Below are positions 45,901 to 58,185 of a stretch of 64,000 nucleotides of DNA, one piece after another. The notes beneath the pieces were generated by a model. It had not been told where the DNA came from, made no database searches, and saw only the letters and a program-made list of their open reading frames with translations. The stretch's first letter is position 1. Each line of letters starts with the position of its first letter. The position numbers and the translations under genes are program-made. This stretch comes from Perkinsela sp. CCAP 1560/9 (Eukaryota; Protista; Euglenozoa: Kinetoplastea): positions 5,983 to 69,982 of the forward strand of contig CBFFSA010000044.1 in the NCBI GenBank assembly GCA_965644495.1, written 5' to 3'.

Positions 45901-47496
45901 CTTGCAAGTGCTCGGGTCGTAAACCCATGGTTCCGGACGAGGAACCCCGGTGAAAGCTCTTGATAGTTTTCGCTACCACGGGTTCATCCATTATTAGGGG
46001 CGCTGTGGGCGGAGGCGATAGTCGATGATGTCACTGTCTGGATGTCGGGGCGGGTGCTTGCTCTGAAGTTTGAGGAGTGTGTCTTCGTCGTCAGGCGCCA
46101 TAGCATCCGCCGTGAGTGCAGCCATACCCCTAGAGTACTCGCCTTGTCGAGCTAGAAGCTCTGCTCGGATAGCTGCCTTTTCCTCTTCGTCGTGAACGGT
46201 TGTAGGGGCTACAGATTGTTTCTTGAGTGCGTTGTCTACTGCTTCATTCCATAGGGAGACATAATCTTGCGCGAGCCATCGGTTCATGCACTTCTGGACG
46301 TATGATGCGTAAGTTGTGTGGTTCTTACGTCCTCCTCGGTGTGGGGCGGGTAGTAAGCACTTGGGGAGCATGGCGAATAGGGTCCACGCGGCTGTAGAGT
46401 TTTCGGTGACTGCGTTTTGGGCTGCTTTGGTGATAATTTCTCCCCACAGTTGACGGCAACGTGGAGGCACGTCCTTGCAAGTGTTCAGGCGCAGCGTGCA
46501 GATAGAGGATAGCGAGGGAAGTTCAGAGTGATGAGTTTGAGTCCCCGGAAGGTGGCTTGGGTCGCTCGAGTGTGCTGCGCGCGATGGGATTTGGGGGTTC
46601 GCAACGTTCCCTTTGCAGGCTTGTGGATGAGCTTCCCTTTTGTTGATGTCATAATGGCGCCCGCATAAGTTGCAAAGAAATCGGCCTTCTGCATCCCACC
46701 AGGTAGCGGGAACTCCGTTTCCGTGGCGACACGCGACGTGGTTATAAAACGCTTGCCAAGACCCTCCGTGCGGCAGACTTCTCCAAGTGCATCCCATGGC
46801 CGGACATTCCCGAGTCTCTTCTCTTGTTTGTGTCTTTTCAGCGAAGTTATTTTGGTTTGCGGCGTGTCGCGGTGAAGAGAAATATGTCCGGGGCTCCGGT
46901 GTTCGCCTTGACGAGCGCGAGTCCGCTTTGGTCACTCCTTTCGATGGGGAAGTGTTTCGACCTTGGTGGGAAAGAGCATCCTTCACTGCGGATTTGAGCG
47001 TCCGAGCTTCATCGGGGATCTTTGATGTGGGTGTAGCCTCGTGAGTAATTTTCTGCCTTCTCACCCCACAGTGCTGCATCTCCTCGTCTTCGGCCTCTAC
47101 GTGGCCCGTGTCTGGGGTTTCCTTTTCCTGGGAGATGTGACGTGCGCGTTCCAACCATTCCTTAGGAATATTCGCCGGGATTGGTGTAGTGTAGAGTTGT
47201 TCGTCGTATGTGCTGACAGCGCGAATCAAATGCTTGTTTCCTTGGAATTGGTCCCAACTGCCGAGAGAGTGCGCACGTTCTTCGTCGGCGAGAGCGCCTA
47301 CGCTGAGAGCTCCTTCCTTTGCACTCATATGGAATGAGGGGTGGTCCTCGTTCGAGCGTGCGGGGCTCTGAGGAGTATTGGTTTGCGTCATAAAAGAGCT
47401 GGGCCCCGAGAGAATACTACGTAAAAAAAAATTCAACAAGGTACAGAAACTGTATCTTTATCGTTAAAGTTCTAAGTTATCGTTAAAGTTCTAAAG
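42968..47496 (-). mobile_element. Family A copy 2, full length, SL 47434-47469
   Basis: Reverse-complement match to 53705-58216. Confidence 0.92.
43526..47391 (-). pseudogene. Family A polyprotein with 1-bp deletion frameshift near 46017
   Basis: GACTATACGCC in intact copies vs GACTATCGCC here; ORF split into 45994-47391 and 43526-45991 (could be a sequencing error). Confidence 0.8.
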
Positions 47497-47545
47497 TTTT
47501 TTTTTTTTTTTTTTTTTTTTTGTTGCGAGTTTTTTTTTTTTTTTT

Positions 47546-48452
47546 CCTTGTTGCTTGTTGCTTGTTGTTTTTTTTTCCCTTACTCAGTTAACTTTTCAGA
47601 TGTCCTGGGGCAAAGGCCCCGACGGTGGTAAGGAGAAAGCGGCCGCGGACAGCAGCATTCGTACAATTCAAATCCTGCCTTGTGACTCTTCGCGATCTGA
47701 AGTGCAAGACTACCTCCATTTGCATTTAGCATTCATGAAAACAAAGTGTATGACCTCTTTTTCGCCTGACCTTGAGCCTGTAAAACCCTCTTCTGCTCGG
47801 TCCGGTCCTGAGGATTTCATTCGCCATATTTGCGCTACGCGAGTCAGTGTAAAAGGTCGAACGCTTTTATTTCGGATAGCGAGTTTTCGCTGGTATGATG
47901 CGACGCTGATTTTGGCAACGGAAATCAAGGTCGGTAGATCAGAAGATTGGTTCATTGAGCGCCGAAATCCCTTTTCTGCTCTGTTCCAATCTTCAAAACT
48001 GCTGTCCAAGATTTACGTGGAGCCGAGGAATCCGTCAGAAATCACTTTGAGCGCAACAAAATTATGGCCCATTGAGCATCTAAATCCCTTTTCTGCTCTG
48101 TGCCTTTTTTTCCAGCACTCGTACGATTTCGCATGGGTACGTACGATTTCGCATGGGACTACATTCCGGATGCGAATTGGGTAGGTGGTATGAAGCAGTA
48201 AAAGAACTCCAAAAATAAATTTCTCAATCATTCTTGGTATGATGTTGATGTTTCACGGGAGGCTGTTGCTGTTGAGCATCGCTATATCTTAGAAGTTTAT
48301 GCTGCTTACCCTAGAAAAATATGCTGGTCTATTCGAAACCTGAAAACATCAATGATTCATCTTACTTTGCTTACTTGTTTGCTCGTTTTTCCTAGAAGGA
48401 TTGTTATTCTAGGTTGAAAAGTGATATTCAAAATGTGCTATTCAATAAAACG

Positions 48453-48458
<6 letters not shown>
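47546..48458. other. Unique spacer between divergently oriented arrays
   Basis: Flanked by T-tracts on the left and A25 on the right; no RT homology seen. Confidence 0.6.
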
Positions 48459-48483
<25 letters not shown>

Positions 48484-48745
48484 GTATAACAAGGGAAAGG
48501 TCCACAAGTCAGGCCGTGGAGAGGTCGAAAGACCCGGTCCGGAACGCGCGAATGGTTGAGGAGCCGCCTGCAGGCCGGGTGAGGCGAAGCTGAGGGAGAC
48601 CTTACCCCCCCTGAAAAGTTGAAAAGTTGGGTAGGGGAAAGCAGGAAAGTAGGGAGAAAGGTGGGAAAAGTATGTCAAGAGGTGAGAAAGAGGAGAAAGA
48701 GAGAGAAAAATTTTCTTTATTTGCATAAAAACAAAAAAAAAAAAA
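48484..48745 (+). mobile_element. 5'-truncated 3'UTR fragment containing the second half of the shared RNA structure
   Basis: ..TCAGGCCGTGGAGAGGTCGAAAGACCCGGTCCGGAACGCGCGAATGG.., ends TTATTTGC plus A-rich tail. Confidence 0.75.
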
Positions 48746-48776
48746 GAGGAAAAATCTTTTAAATCTCTTAAAAAAT

Positions 48777-51700
48777 CTTTAACGATAAAGATACAGTTTC
48801 TGTACCTTGTTGAATTATTTTTCTTCATTTCAATTACTTTTCAGGCACGAGCCTCCCCCCCTATGCCCGACGCCGACAAAACGACGACCCATTCCACGAC
48901 ACACCCCGAAGCAAAGCGAGAATCAAACTTTGGTGACGAGGCCGCCTCACACGAATTGGGTTCTTGGGATCAATTTGAAGCGAACAAACACCTCACGATC
49001 GGGGAAAGCACATATGATGAGGCGCTGTATACTACTAAACTTCCTGACGATCTTCCGCCGGAATTGACACAGCGATCCGAAGAAATCGCTCGAAGTATCA
49101 TCAAATCGCGCGCAGGCCCTACACCAGATACGGGGAACGTTGAAGGAATGTCGGAAGCGGATGTTCACTCCAATGTTCGTCATGATGAGGAATTAAACTC
49201 TGTTCTCAAGTTCTCCGGACTAGGAACCTCTTCACCCAGCCAACTCACGATTTCAAATCAGGCTGTGAAAGGGAAATATCTCCGAAAAACTAATCAGAAT
49301 GGTTACAACTATGACGAGCAAAGAGTCATTTTCCCTGACCTCACGCCACAGGACCTGGATTTTACTGTCAGCAGAAGCCCTGGAGGCCGAAAAAAGAAAA
49401 AGCACCCCAAGAGCGACCGTCACTCCCGAGTAGACCTAGAGTCCGAAACCGACAGTGGAGATGGTGCAGTCCCAGAATGCCCTCCCAACGACAGCGCTTC
49501 TGAATCCCCAGATGGAAAACGCAAGCGTCGCGAGCTTACCACCGAAACGGCCAATGGCTTATCGACCGCAAATGTGACGACGGACACCCAACAGACCAAA
49601 GAGCGAAACTGTCCAGTGGAGACGTGTACATGGAAGACGGGGCCACACGGTGGCCAATGGCGAGCTTTTTATAACCATGTTGCCCACAAGCACTGGGAGG
49701 AAGTCTCAGACTCTTGGTGGACAGGGGAAGGGAGATTTCTGTGTGTAAAATGCTGCAGGCACTATGACTTAGGAAAGCAAGAATCCCATGAGAAACATTG
49801 CGAGTTTCAACTCTCACCCTCTCAACTCTCACGCTCTCGAGAACAGAAAGCACCCGTTGCCCCTACCAATTCTGCAACCACTACTCCCTCAGAGCGCGCC
49901 GCCCAAACCGAAGTCGCCACCTTACCTGCACAGACAGCCGCTGACCTAGAGGCCAAGAATGGAAAGATGAGTATCGACGAACCTCTGCCGCCCCTAGCCT
50001 CCATATGCTCCGCGCCTATCAACACCTGCAAGGATATTCCAAACAGTTGCCGACAAGCATGGGCCAAAATATTCTGCGAATATCTATCCTCAGCTGTCCG
50101 GGAAAACACGACTAAGGCTTGGACGCTCCTTGCAATGTTGCCAAAGTGTGTGTTGCCGGCCCCAAGGCGCGGAGGTCATAGGGCGAAAACTTCTTACGCT
50201 TCACACGTCCGGAAATGTCTAGCCAAATGGTCGTCAAAACAATATCTATCACTTTGGAACGAAACATGTAAGACTTTGAATCGTAAGAAACGTGCTGCGC
50301 AAGCAACAAGCCTAGAAGACGAGGGGAAGAAAGCGTGTCTTCGCGCGGAGCGACTGGCCCGCGACGGAGAACTTTCTCGCGCCATGACCGCACTGACTTC
50401 TTCGCCGCTAGCACCAGACGACGACAACACGTACGCCAAACTTCAGGCCAAACACCCCCCACGAATCTCCGCATCCACAACATCCCCCAGCTTAACTCCG
50501 GAAACAGAACCACTCAAAGTCACCGAGGAAGAAGTCGCAGCTGCGCTCTCAACCTTCCACAGAGGATCATCAGGTGGCGCACTTTGCCTCCGCCCAGAAC
50601 ACGTGCAAGCGGCAATGCAATATCACAATGACGGGCACACAAATCCACTGGGCAAGCTCACAAATTTCACCAACCATATGCTCGCTGGGAAGTTACCACT
50701 CGACGTTCAAGACCACTTTGCCGGAGGAAGGCTATGTGCTTTGGAAAAGGGAGAACACGACGTGCGCCCAATAGCCGCTGGAGAAACGCTCCGCCGTCTG
50801 GTGAGTAAAGTGGCCTGCCTATCAGTAAAAGCGCGAGCCCGCAAAATTTTCAAAGGCCACCAGTACGGGGTAGCCACGCCCGCCGGGGCCGAGCGAGTTA
50901 TACATCTGTGTCGCCAGGCCTTTGCTGCTCGCACGGAAGATGACGACTTTGTTCTCTGTAAAATCGACCTACGTAATGCCTTCAACCAAGTTTCAAGGGA
51001 CTGGTTCATAGCACTAACACGCGAGCATTTCCCCACGCTTACTCCTTACGTCGAATGGTGCTACACTTCGGAAAGTAAGCTTACCTTTGGAACACGCGTT
51101 ATTAAATCTCGTGAGGGTGTCCAGCAAGGGGACCCTTTGGGCCCTCTTCTTTTCTCGTTAGTCATGAGGGAAGTCGCCTCAGAAATTCACGCAGCAGCCC
51201 CCAAATTAGACCTAAACCTCTGGTACCTGGATGATGGAGTTTTGGCTGGCACTTCCTGTGATGTGCGACACGCGTTCGACGTTATCGAAATGAAGGGTCC
51301 ACAATGGGGCCTACACCTCAACGCTGCAAAATGTGAGATTATTACCCACCCAGCATCTTCTCATCGTTCTTCTGTTTTTCCCGATCTCCCTGGCCCTAAC
51401 AAAAACCTCGAAGGCAATTTTTACATTCTGGGAAGCCCCGTTGGATCGCCAGAGTTTTGTCGTGAATATCTCGTCAACAATGCAGTCGAAATGGCAGAAG
51501 ATTCTCTGGACGCTATAACGCACCTCGAAGACCCCCAGGTTGCCTTATCCCTCATTCGTCACTGCACTGGCTTCTGCCAGATGGTTTACTCCCTACGAAC
51601 AACCCCAACATCTGAACTTCGGGATCTCTGTCGGCGCTTGGACGACGCCGTGCAACGCGCGGTAGAGAATTTTTTCCGTCCTCTGACCCCCGAGGCCCGC

Positions 51701-53647
51701 CGTCAAACACAACGAAACAAGCGATTTGGCGGGTTAGGACTCCGTTCCGCGGAAGAGCACTCTACTTCAGCCTATATCGCCTCTGTCGCATTTGCATCGG
51801 AGCTAGATCGCTGGGACCCCACGGAGGCAGAAGGTTTCGAAGAAGCCGTAAGCGATGTCAATAAAAGGGTGGGGAAAGACATCGTAGACATTCAATCAGG
51901 GAGAATACCGAAAGGTTTCGCCTTGTCATCCACTCCGCCTTTCAGTAAACGTGGCATTACAGAATCCAGCACCGAATCAGTAATCCCTCGGCAACGAGAT
52001 CTAAGCGATGCAATCTCATCTCACGAGTTTCATCAAGCACTCTCCCTCGCTGACCCACGTACGAGGGCTCGATGGATTTCGGAAACGGGGCACGGAGCAG
52101 CAGAATGGGCTTTTGTATTGCCGTCGAAAAAGAACGGCCACGCTTATACCCCAACCGAGTTTCGGACTCTGGTACGTTGGTGGCTAGGGGAGCAAATATA
52201 TCCGGGTCCCCGATCTTGTCCCATGGAGAAGTGCACCCAACCGTTGGGTCCTGAGGGCGATCACGCATTGGCTTGCAAAAGTGGACATGGTATCACCTCG
52301 CGGCATAATGCCCTGGCCGCAGAATTTTCTTCTGAATGTTCTAAGGCTGGGTTCACTACCCAGAGGGAAATGAGCTTGGGAAACAAGGGGCCGGGGGGCG
52401 CCCTCACCAGGCCTGGTGATGTCTAATAGTTCACGTTTTGAAATTTAGCCGAGGGGCGGCTATATATTTGCCTGCTGTCCCTTCGGGGCACATAATTTTC
52501 TCAAATTATGATGTAGTATTCTCTAATTGCATGGAGGGGGGTGTTTACTCGTTTGTTATATTCTTGTTAGGTTGTTATTTTGTTACGTTTAAAGTTTTGT
52601 GCCCACCCACCGAGCCCCCAGCCATTTGGCCGAGGGTTCCGGTGGGGGGGAACCCCGTTAACAGAGTGACATTGATTGTGTTGTTTTATGCAGGCTTGTT
52701 TCTTTTCCATCTTTGTGCGTGTGAAATGAATGAATGATATGTTGTGTCATTTTGAATTACGATTGAGCTATTCATAGTTGTTCATTTATTCATATATGTT
52801 ATCAGTGTATATGTTTCCAGGGAGCCCCTCGGCGTGGATTTCTTCATCAAAAATTTCGGGCTTGGCGAGGGTCTTGTGCTTGACTTTGCCGTCACCCATG
52901 TACAGCAACAAAAATATACGGACTCAGTCCGTGACGCTAACGGGGTGACGGCCGGGTCATTTGCGGAGCGCTATGCTACCGAGAACAAGAGAAGACAACG
53001 GGAAGAGGCTAACACGGCTGGGTACAAGTTCGCGGCAATGGTAGTAGAGTCCTATGGCGCCTGGAGTCCCAGCGCCATGGCGGTTCTTAGGGAAATTTCA
53101 ACTAGAAAGATGGCGAACTCAGGGGATACCCTCCCTAAAAGCGATGCCTTGCATCACCTCCTTTCATCTCTCAACATTACCCTCATGAGGTCGCAAGCTC
53201 GCATGCTTGTATTACGATCCCCAGCGGCGGTCCCTGACACAGTGCTCTTAGGTTACGGAAAAGAGGAGTAGGAGCTCAGTAGGAAAGTGAAGGAGTCGGT
53301 GTCAAGGGAGGAGGCCTCGTTTCTATTTGCTGGTTTTCTCGGGTGGTTTCTTTTTGGGGCTTCGTTTCTTTTTGGGTATTCGTTTTTTGGGGAAGGTTTT
53401 TTTTGGGGGTGGGAACGGGTTCTTATTTGCTGTTTTTTGGGCCGTTTGCTCGGTTGAACATTCTTTTACTTTTCGTACAGTTGCTTGTTTCTATTCTGAG
53501 CCTAACTTTAAAAAAAAAAATGTGAAATTGCTAATTTGATTGCTTGTTTACAAATCATATACCCCCCCCAATGGACCTACTTGGTTCGTCTACTGAGTAA
53601 AAATATAGAGGCAATGCCGCGTTTTATACTTCTCCCCCCTATTTATT

Positions 53648-53681
<34 letters not shown>
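48777..53681 (+). mobile_element. Family E element, SL 48777-48812, interrupted by a ~419-bp insert
   Basis: SL, ORF, GT-rich 3'UTR, internal A11, C-type terminal module, poly(A). Confidence 0.9.
48863..53271 (+). pseudogene. Family E polyprotein (LsmAD-like, zinc fingers, RT, RLE) disrupted at 52424-52842
   Basis: ORF reads ..TRPGDV|insert|FIKNFGLGEGLVLDFAVTH..GYGKEE*. Confidence 0.88.
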
Positions 53682-53682
<1 letters not shown>

Positions 53683-56600
53683 GATAAAGATAAAAAGCTA
53701 AATACTTTAACGATAAAGATACAGTTTCTGTACCTTGTTGAAATTTTTTTTTACGTAGTATTCTCTCGGGGCCCAGCTCTTTTATGACGCAAACCAATAC
53801 TCCTCAGAGCCCCGCACGCTCGAACGAGGACCACCCCTCATTCCATATGAGTGCAAAGGAAGGAGCTCTCAGCGTAGGCGCTCTCGCCGACGAAGAACGT
53901 GCGCACTCTCTCGGCAGTTGGGACCAATTCCAAGGAAACAAGCATTTGATTCGCGCTGTCAGCACATACGACGAACAACTCTACACTACACCAATCCCGG
54001 CGAATATTCCTAAGGAATGGTTGGAACGCGCACGTCACATCTCCCAGGAAAAGGAAACCCCAGACACGGGCCACGTAGAGGCCGAAGACGAGGAGATGCA
54101 GCACTGTGGGGTGAGAAGGCAGAAAATTACTCACGAGGCTACACCCACATCAAAGATCCCCGATGAAGCTCGGACGCTCAAATCCGCAGTGAAGGATGCT
54201 CTTTCCCACCAAGGTCGAAACACTTCCCCATCGAAAGGAGTGACCAAAGCGGACTCGCGCTCGTCAAGGCGAACACCGGAGCCCCGGACATATTTCTCTT
54301 CACCGCGACACGCCGCAAACCAAAATAACTTCGCTGAAAAGACACAAACAAGAGAAGAGACTCGGGAATGTCCGGCCATGGGATGCACTTGGAGAAGTCT
54401 GCCGCACGGAGGGTCTTGGCAAGCGTTTTATAACCACGTCGCGTGTCGCCACGGAAACGGAGTTCCCGCTACCTGGTGGGATGCAGAAGGCCGATTTCTT
54501 TGCAACTTATGCGGGCGCCATTATGACATCAACAAAAGGGAAGCTCATCCACAAGCCTGCAAAGGGAACGTTGCGAACCCCCAAATCCCATCGCGCGCAG
54601 CACACTCGAGCGACCCAAGCCACCTTCCGGGGACTCAAACTCATCACTCTGAACTTCCCTCGCTATCCTCTATCTGCACGCTGCGCCTGAACACTTGCAA
54701 GGACGTGCCTCCACGTTGCCGTCAACTGTGGGGAGAAATTATCACCAAAGCAGCCCAAAACGCAGTCACCGAAAACTCTACAGCCGCGTGGACCCTATTC
54801 GCCATGCTCCCCAAGTGCTTACTACCCGCCCCACACCGAGGAGGACGTAAGAACCACACAACTTACGCATCATACGTCCAGAAGTGCATGAACCGATGGC
54901 TCGCGCAAGATTATGTCTCCCTATGGAATGAAGCAGTAGACAACGCACTCAAGAAACAATCTGTAGCCCCTACAACCGTTCACGACGAAGAGGAAAAGGC
55001 AGCTATCCGAGCAGAGCTTCTAGCTCGACAAGGCGAGTACTCTAGGGGTATGGCTGCACTCACGGCGGATGCTATGGCGCCTGACGACGAAGACACACTC
55101 CTCAAACTTCAGAGCAAGCACCCGCCCCGACATCCAGACAGTGACATCATCGACTATACGCCTCCGCCCACAGCGCCCCTAATAATGGATGAACCCGTGG
55201 TAGCGAAAACTATCAAGAGCTTTCACCGGGGTTCCTCGTCCGGAACCATGGGTTTACGACCCGAGCACTTGCAAGCTGTACTCCTGGCGCACGTAGATAA
55301 CACCGTGAAACCCCTTACTTCCCTTAAAAACCTCGTGAATCATCTACTAGCCGGGAAAGCACCCCTAGAGGTACAACCATATTTTGCGGGAGCCAGACTT
55401 TGCGCGCTTGAAAAGGGCGAAAATGACGTCCGCCCCATAGCAGCGGGAGAAACGATACGTCGATTGGTAAGCAAAGCGGCTTGCAATGCAGTGAGGAGCA
55501 AAGCCAGGGAATTTTTTAAGGGACTACAGTTCGGCGTCGCGACACCGGCCGGTTCGGAACGAATAATTCACACTTGCCGGCACGCAATGACAATTCATAC
55601 GGACAACCCCGACATGGTATTATGTAAAGTCGACCTAAGCAACGCATTCAACAACGTTAGCAGAGCAACTTTCTTGAAACTTGTAGGCGAACATTTTCCG
55701 GAATTGTTCCCCTGGGCTAGCTGGTGCTATACGACAACTAGTGCTTTGACCTATCGTGACCACACACTCCTTTCGGATGAAGGCGTCCAACAGGGCGATC
55801 CCCTGGGACCACTTTTCTTTTCACTGGTCTCCTTGGAACTTGCAAAAGAAATCTATCACCAGGCCGACCTGGACTTGCAGCTATGGTACCTAGACGACGG
55901 GATTCTCATTGGCAGGGCAGAAGACGTCAGGAATTCGTTGGATACAATCGCCAGAGTAGGTCCGCGATGGGGCCTATATCTGAACATGTCCAAGTGCGAA
56001 ATAATCACCCCCCCTGCCTCGGCTAACGTTGTAACCATATTTCCGGACATACCCGACGCCAAAATAAACGTGTGCGGTAACTTTAGTGTCCTAGGAAGCC
56101 CAATTGGGTCCCCTGAGTACTGTACTGAATATCTGCTGACACACGCGGTTGAGCCCGCTGAAATGGCCCTTGATGCCATAACCAGAATCCGGGACCCCCA
56201 GGTAGCCATGGCGCTAATTCGACAATGTGCTGGATTCTGCAAATTGGTACATGCTCTACGAACGACGCCCCCGCAATCAGTTATGAACCTCTGCAAGCGG
56301 CTCGACGACTTCCTAATGCACGCGGTCGAATCCACTCTATGTCCTTTGCCTCCCTCCGCACGCGCCCAAATTCAGCGCTTGAAAAGACACGGAGGTTTCG
56401 GTTTAAAATCGGCGACCGTGCACGCATCCTCCGCTTACGCCTCCTCTGTAGTTTTCGCGGCGGCCACGGACTCATGGGATGCTTCAGAAGTGGAGGGCTT
56501 TCTACAATCGATTGAAGACGTGAATTCGAAAGTTGGTATCAGTCTACTCGACTCAAACGGACTCGTGCGTTCCATCCCGCGCCATAAATGTGAAGAACTC

Positions 56601-58185
56601 TCCCCCAAAGCTCGCTTCACCAAGAGATCTCGCGAGGGAGAAACCAGACATCCCTTTGAACCCGCAAATCCGCCTTCCCTTCCTCGTGACCGCGCATTGC
56701 CTCATTCCGAAGACTTTCCACACGATACAAACCCCCTTTACGCATCCGAAGATTGCGTTGACGCGCAGCCACCCGACTGGGCAAGTAATAGCGTCCCCCG
56801 CCAAAAAGACATAAGTTACGCGATCTCTGCCACAGAGTTCTCGCACGCATATGAAAACGCCGACGCCCGGACTCGCGCACGCTGGGCTTCTCAGTGTGGT
56901 AAAGGAGCAAGCAGTTGGGCGTTCGTAACTCCTTCCAGAGACACGGGCCACGCCTTTAACCCCACAGAATTCCGCATCCTATCCCGCTGGTGGTTAGGTG
57001 TGCCCGTGTACGGGGAAGAAGGTACATGTCCCAAGGGGAACTGCACACTCCCATTGGACATACACGGCGATCACGCTCTCACATGCAAGCACGGGGACGG
57101 TATCATCGGCCGTCACAACGCCTTGGCCGATCACTTTGCCGATACTTGCAGTAACGCACGCCTAGCTCCCCAACGGGAAAAAAGCCTCGGGAACCGGGGC
57201 CCCGGAGGCGCTCTGACTAGGCCCGGGGACGTCTTCCTTCCGAGTCTCTTCCTCGGGAAACCTATCGTGCTTGACTTCGCGGTCACTCACGCCCAGCAAT
57301 CTAAATACACGGACACAGTCCGAAATGCTAGCTGGGTGGCCGCGGGGTCCTTCGCAGAGCATTATGCCTCAGAGCAGAAAGTCCGACAACGCCGTGAATC
57401 TGAAGATGCCGGAAGCGATTTCACAGCTATGGTGGTCGAGAGCTATGGCTCTTGGAGTGCCAGTGCTTTAGCCGTTCTCCGGAAGGTTGGAGAACGAAGG
57501 GCAAAAGCGTCCAACGGTATCTTGACAGACGAGGCCTCTACGCTCCGTCTCGTGACCGACATGAACGTAACATTGATGCGTTGCCAGGCACGCATGATGA
57601 TTACGCGCCTGCCGGCTGTGGACCCCTTGCCCCCTTTAATCGAGCAATAGCACGATGACGGATGTGCAAGATGGGCCGCTCAGCCGGAACTCGAACAGCT
57701 GGTCCGGATGCTGGTCGATGCCGGCAGGGTCTATGCTCACGCCTAGTCCGCCAGGGCTAGGTACTCCAAGTGAGGTAGGACATGGGTAGGGAACTTTGTT
57801 CCTCCCCGTCGGCCAGCATCATGCTCCGCGACCGTGCCGCTGTCGGCACAGGCCCATTGCTTGCGCCCTCTCGTACAACAAGAGAAGGGTTACCAAGGCA
57901 AGCTGGGAGAGGTCGAAAGACCCGGTCCGGAACGCGCGAATGGTTCGGGGAAAGTCTGCCCCTCCTAGCCGAGGGAGACCTTACCCTCCCTGGAAAGCTG
58001 GTAAGATTGGTAAGGGGAAGTGGGTAAGATGGGAAAGCATGTATTTGCTAGTTATATATTTTGCTCGTTTTTAAAATGGGGGGAAGTGAGGGAAAGAAGT
58101 TGAGCAAGTAGGAAAGTAAGTGAGAAAGTCATACCGTACATACATATATAAAGTTAGAACTCGTACTCTTCCCCCCCTATTATCT

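Noticed and set aside
12238-47521. Telomeric retrotransposon array (HeT-A/TART, MoTeR or Cnl1 style)
   Set aside because: No telomeric repeat tracts seen and the orientation flips twice internally; a subtelomeric location cannot be excluded from this window
47555-48184. 209-aa ORF as a host gene
   Set aside because: Non-ATG start in the track and no recognisable domain; insufficient support
52416-52820. GT-AG intron in the family E ORF
   Set aside because: Splicing from the GT at 52416 or 52421 to the CAG at 52820 does not restore the reading frame
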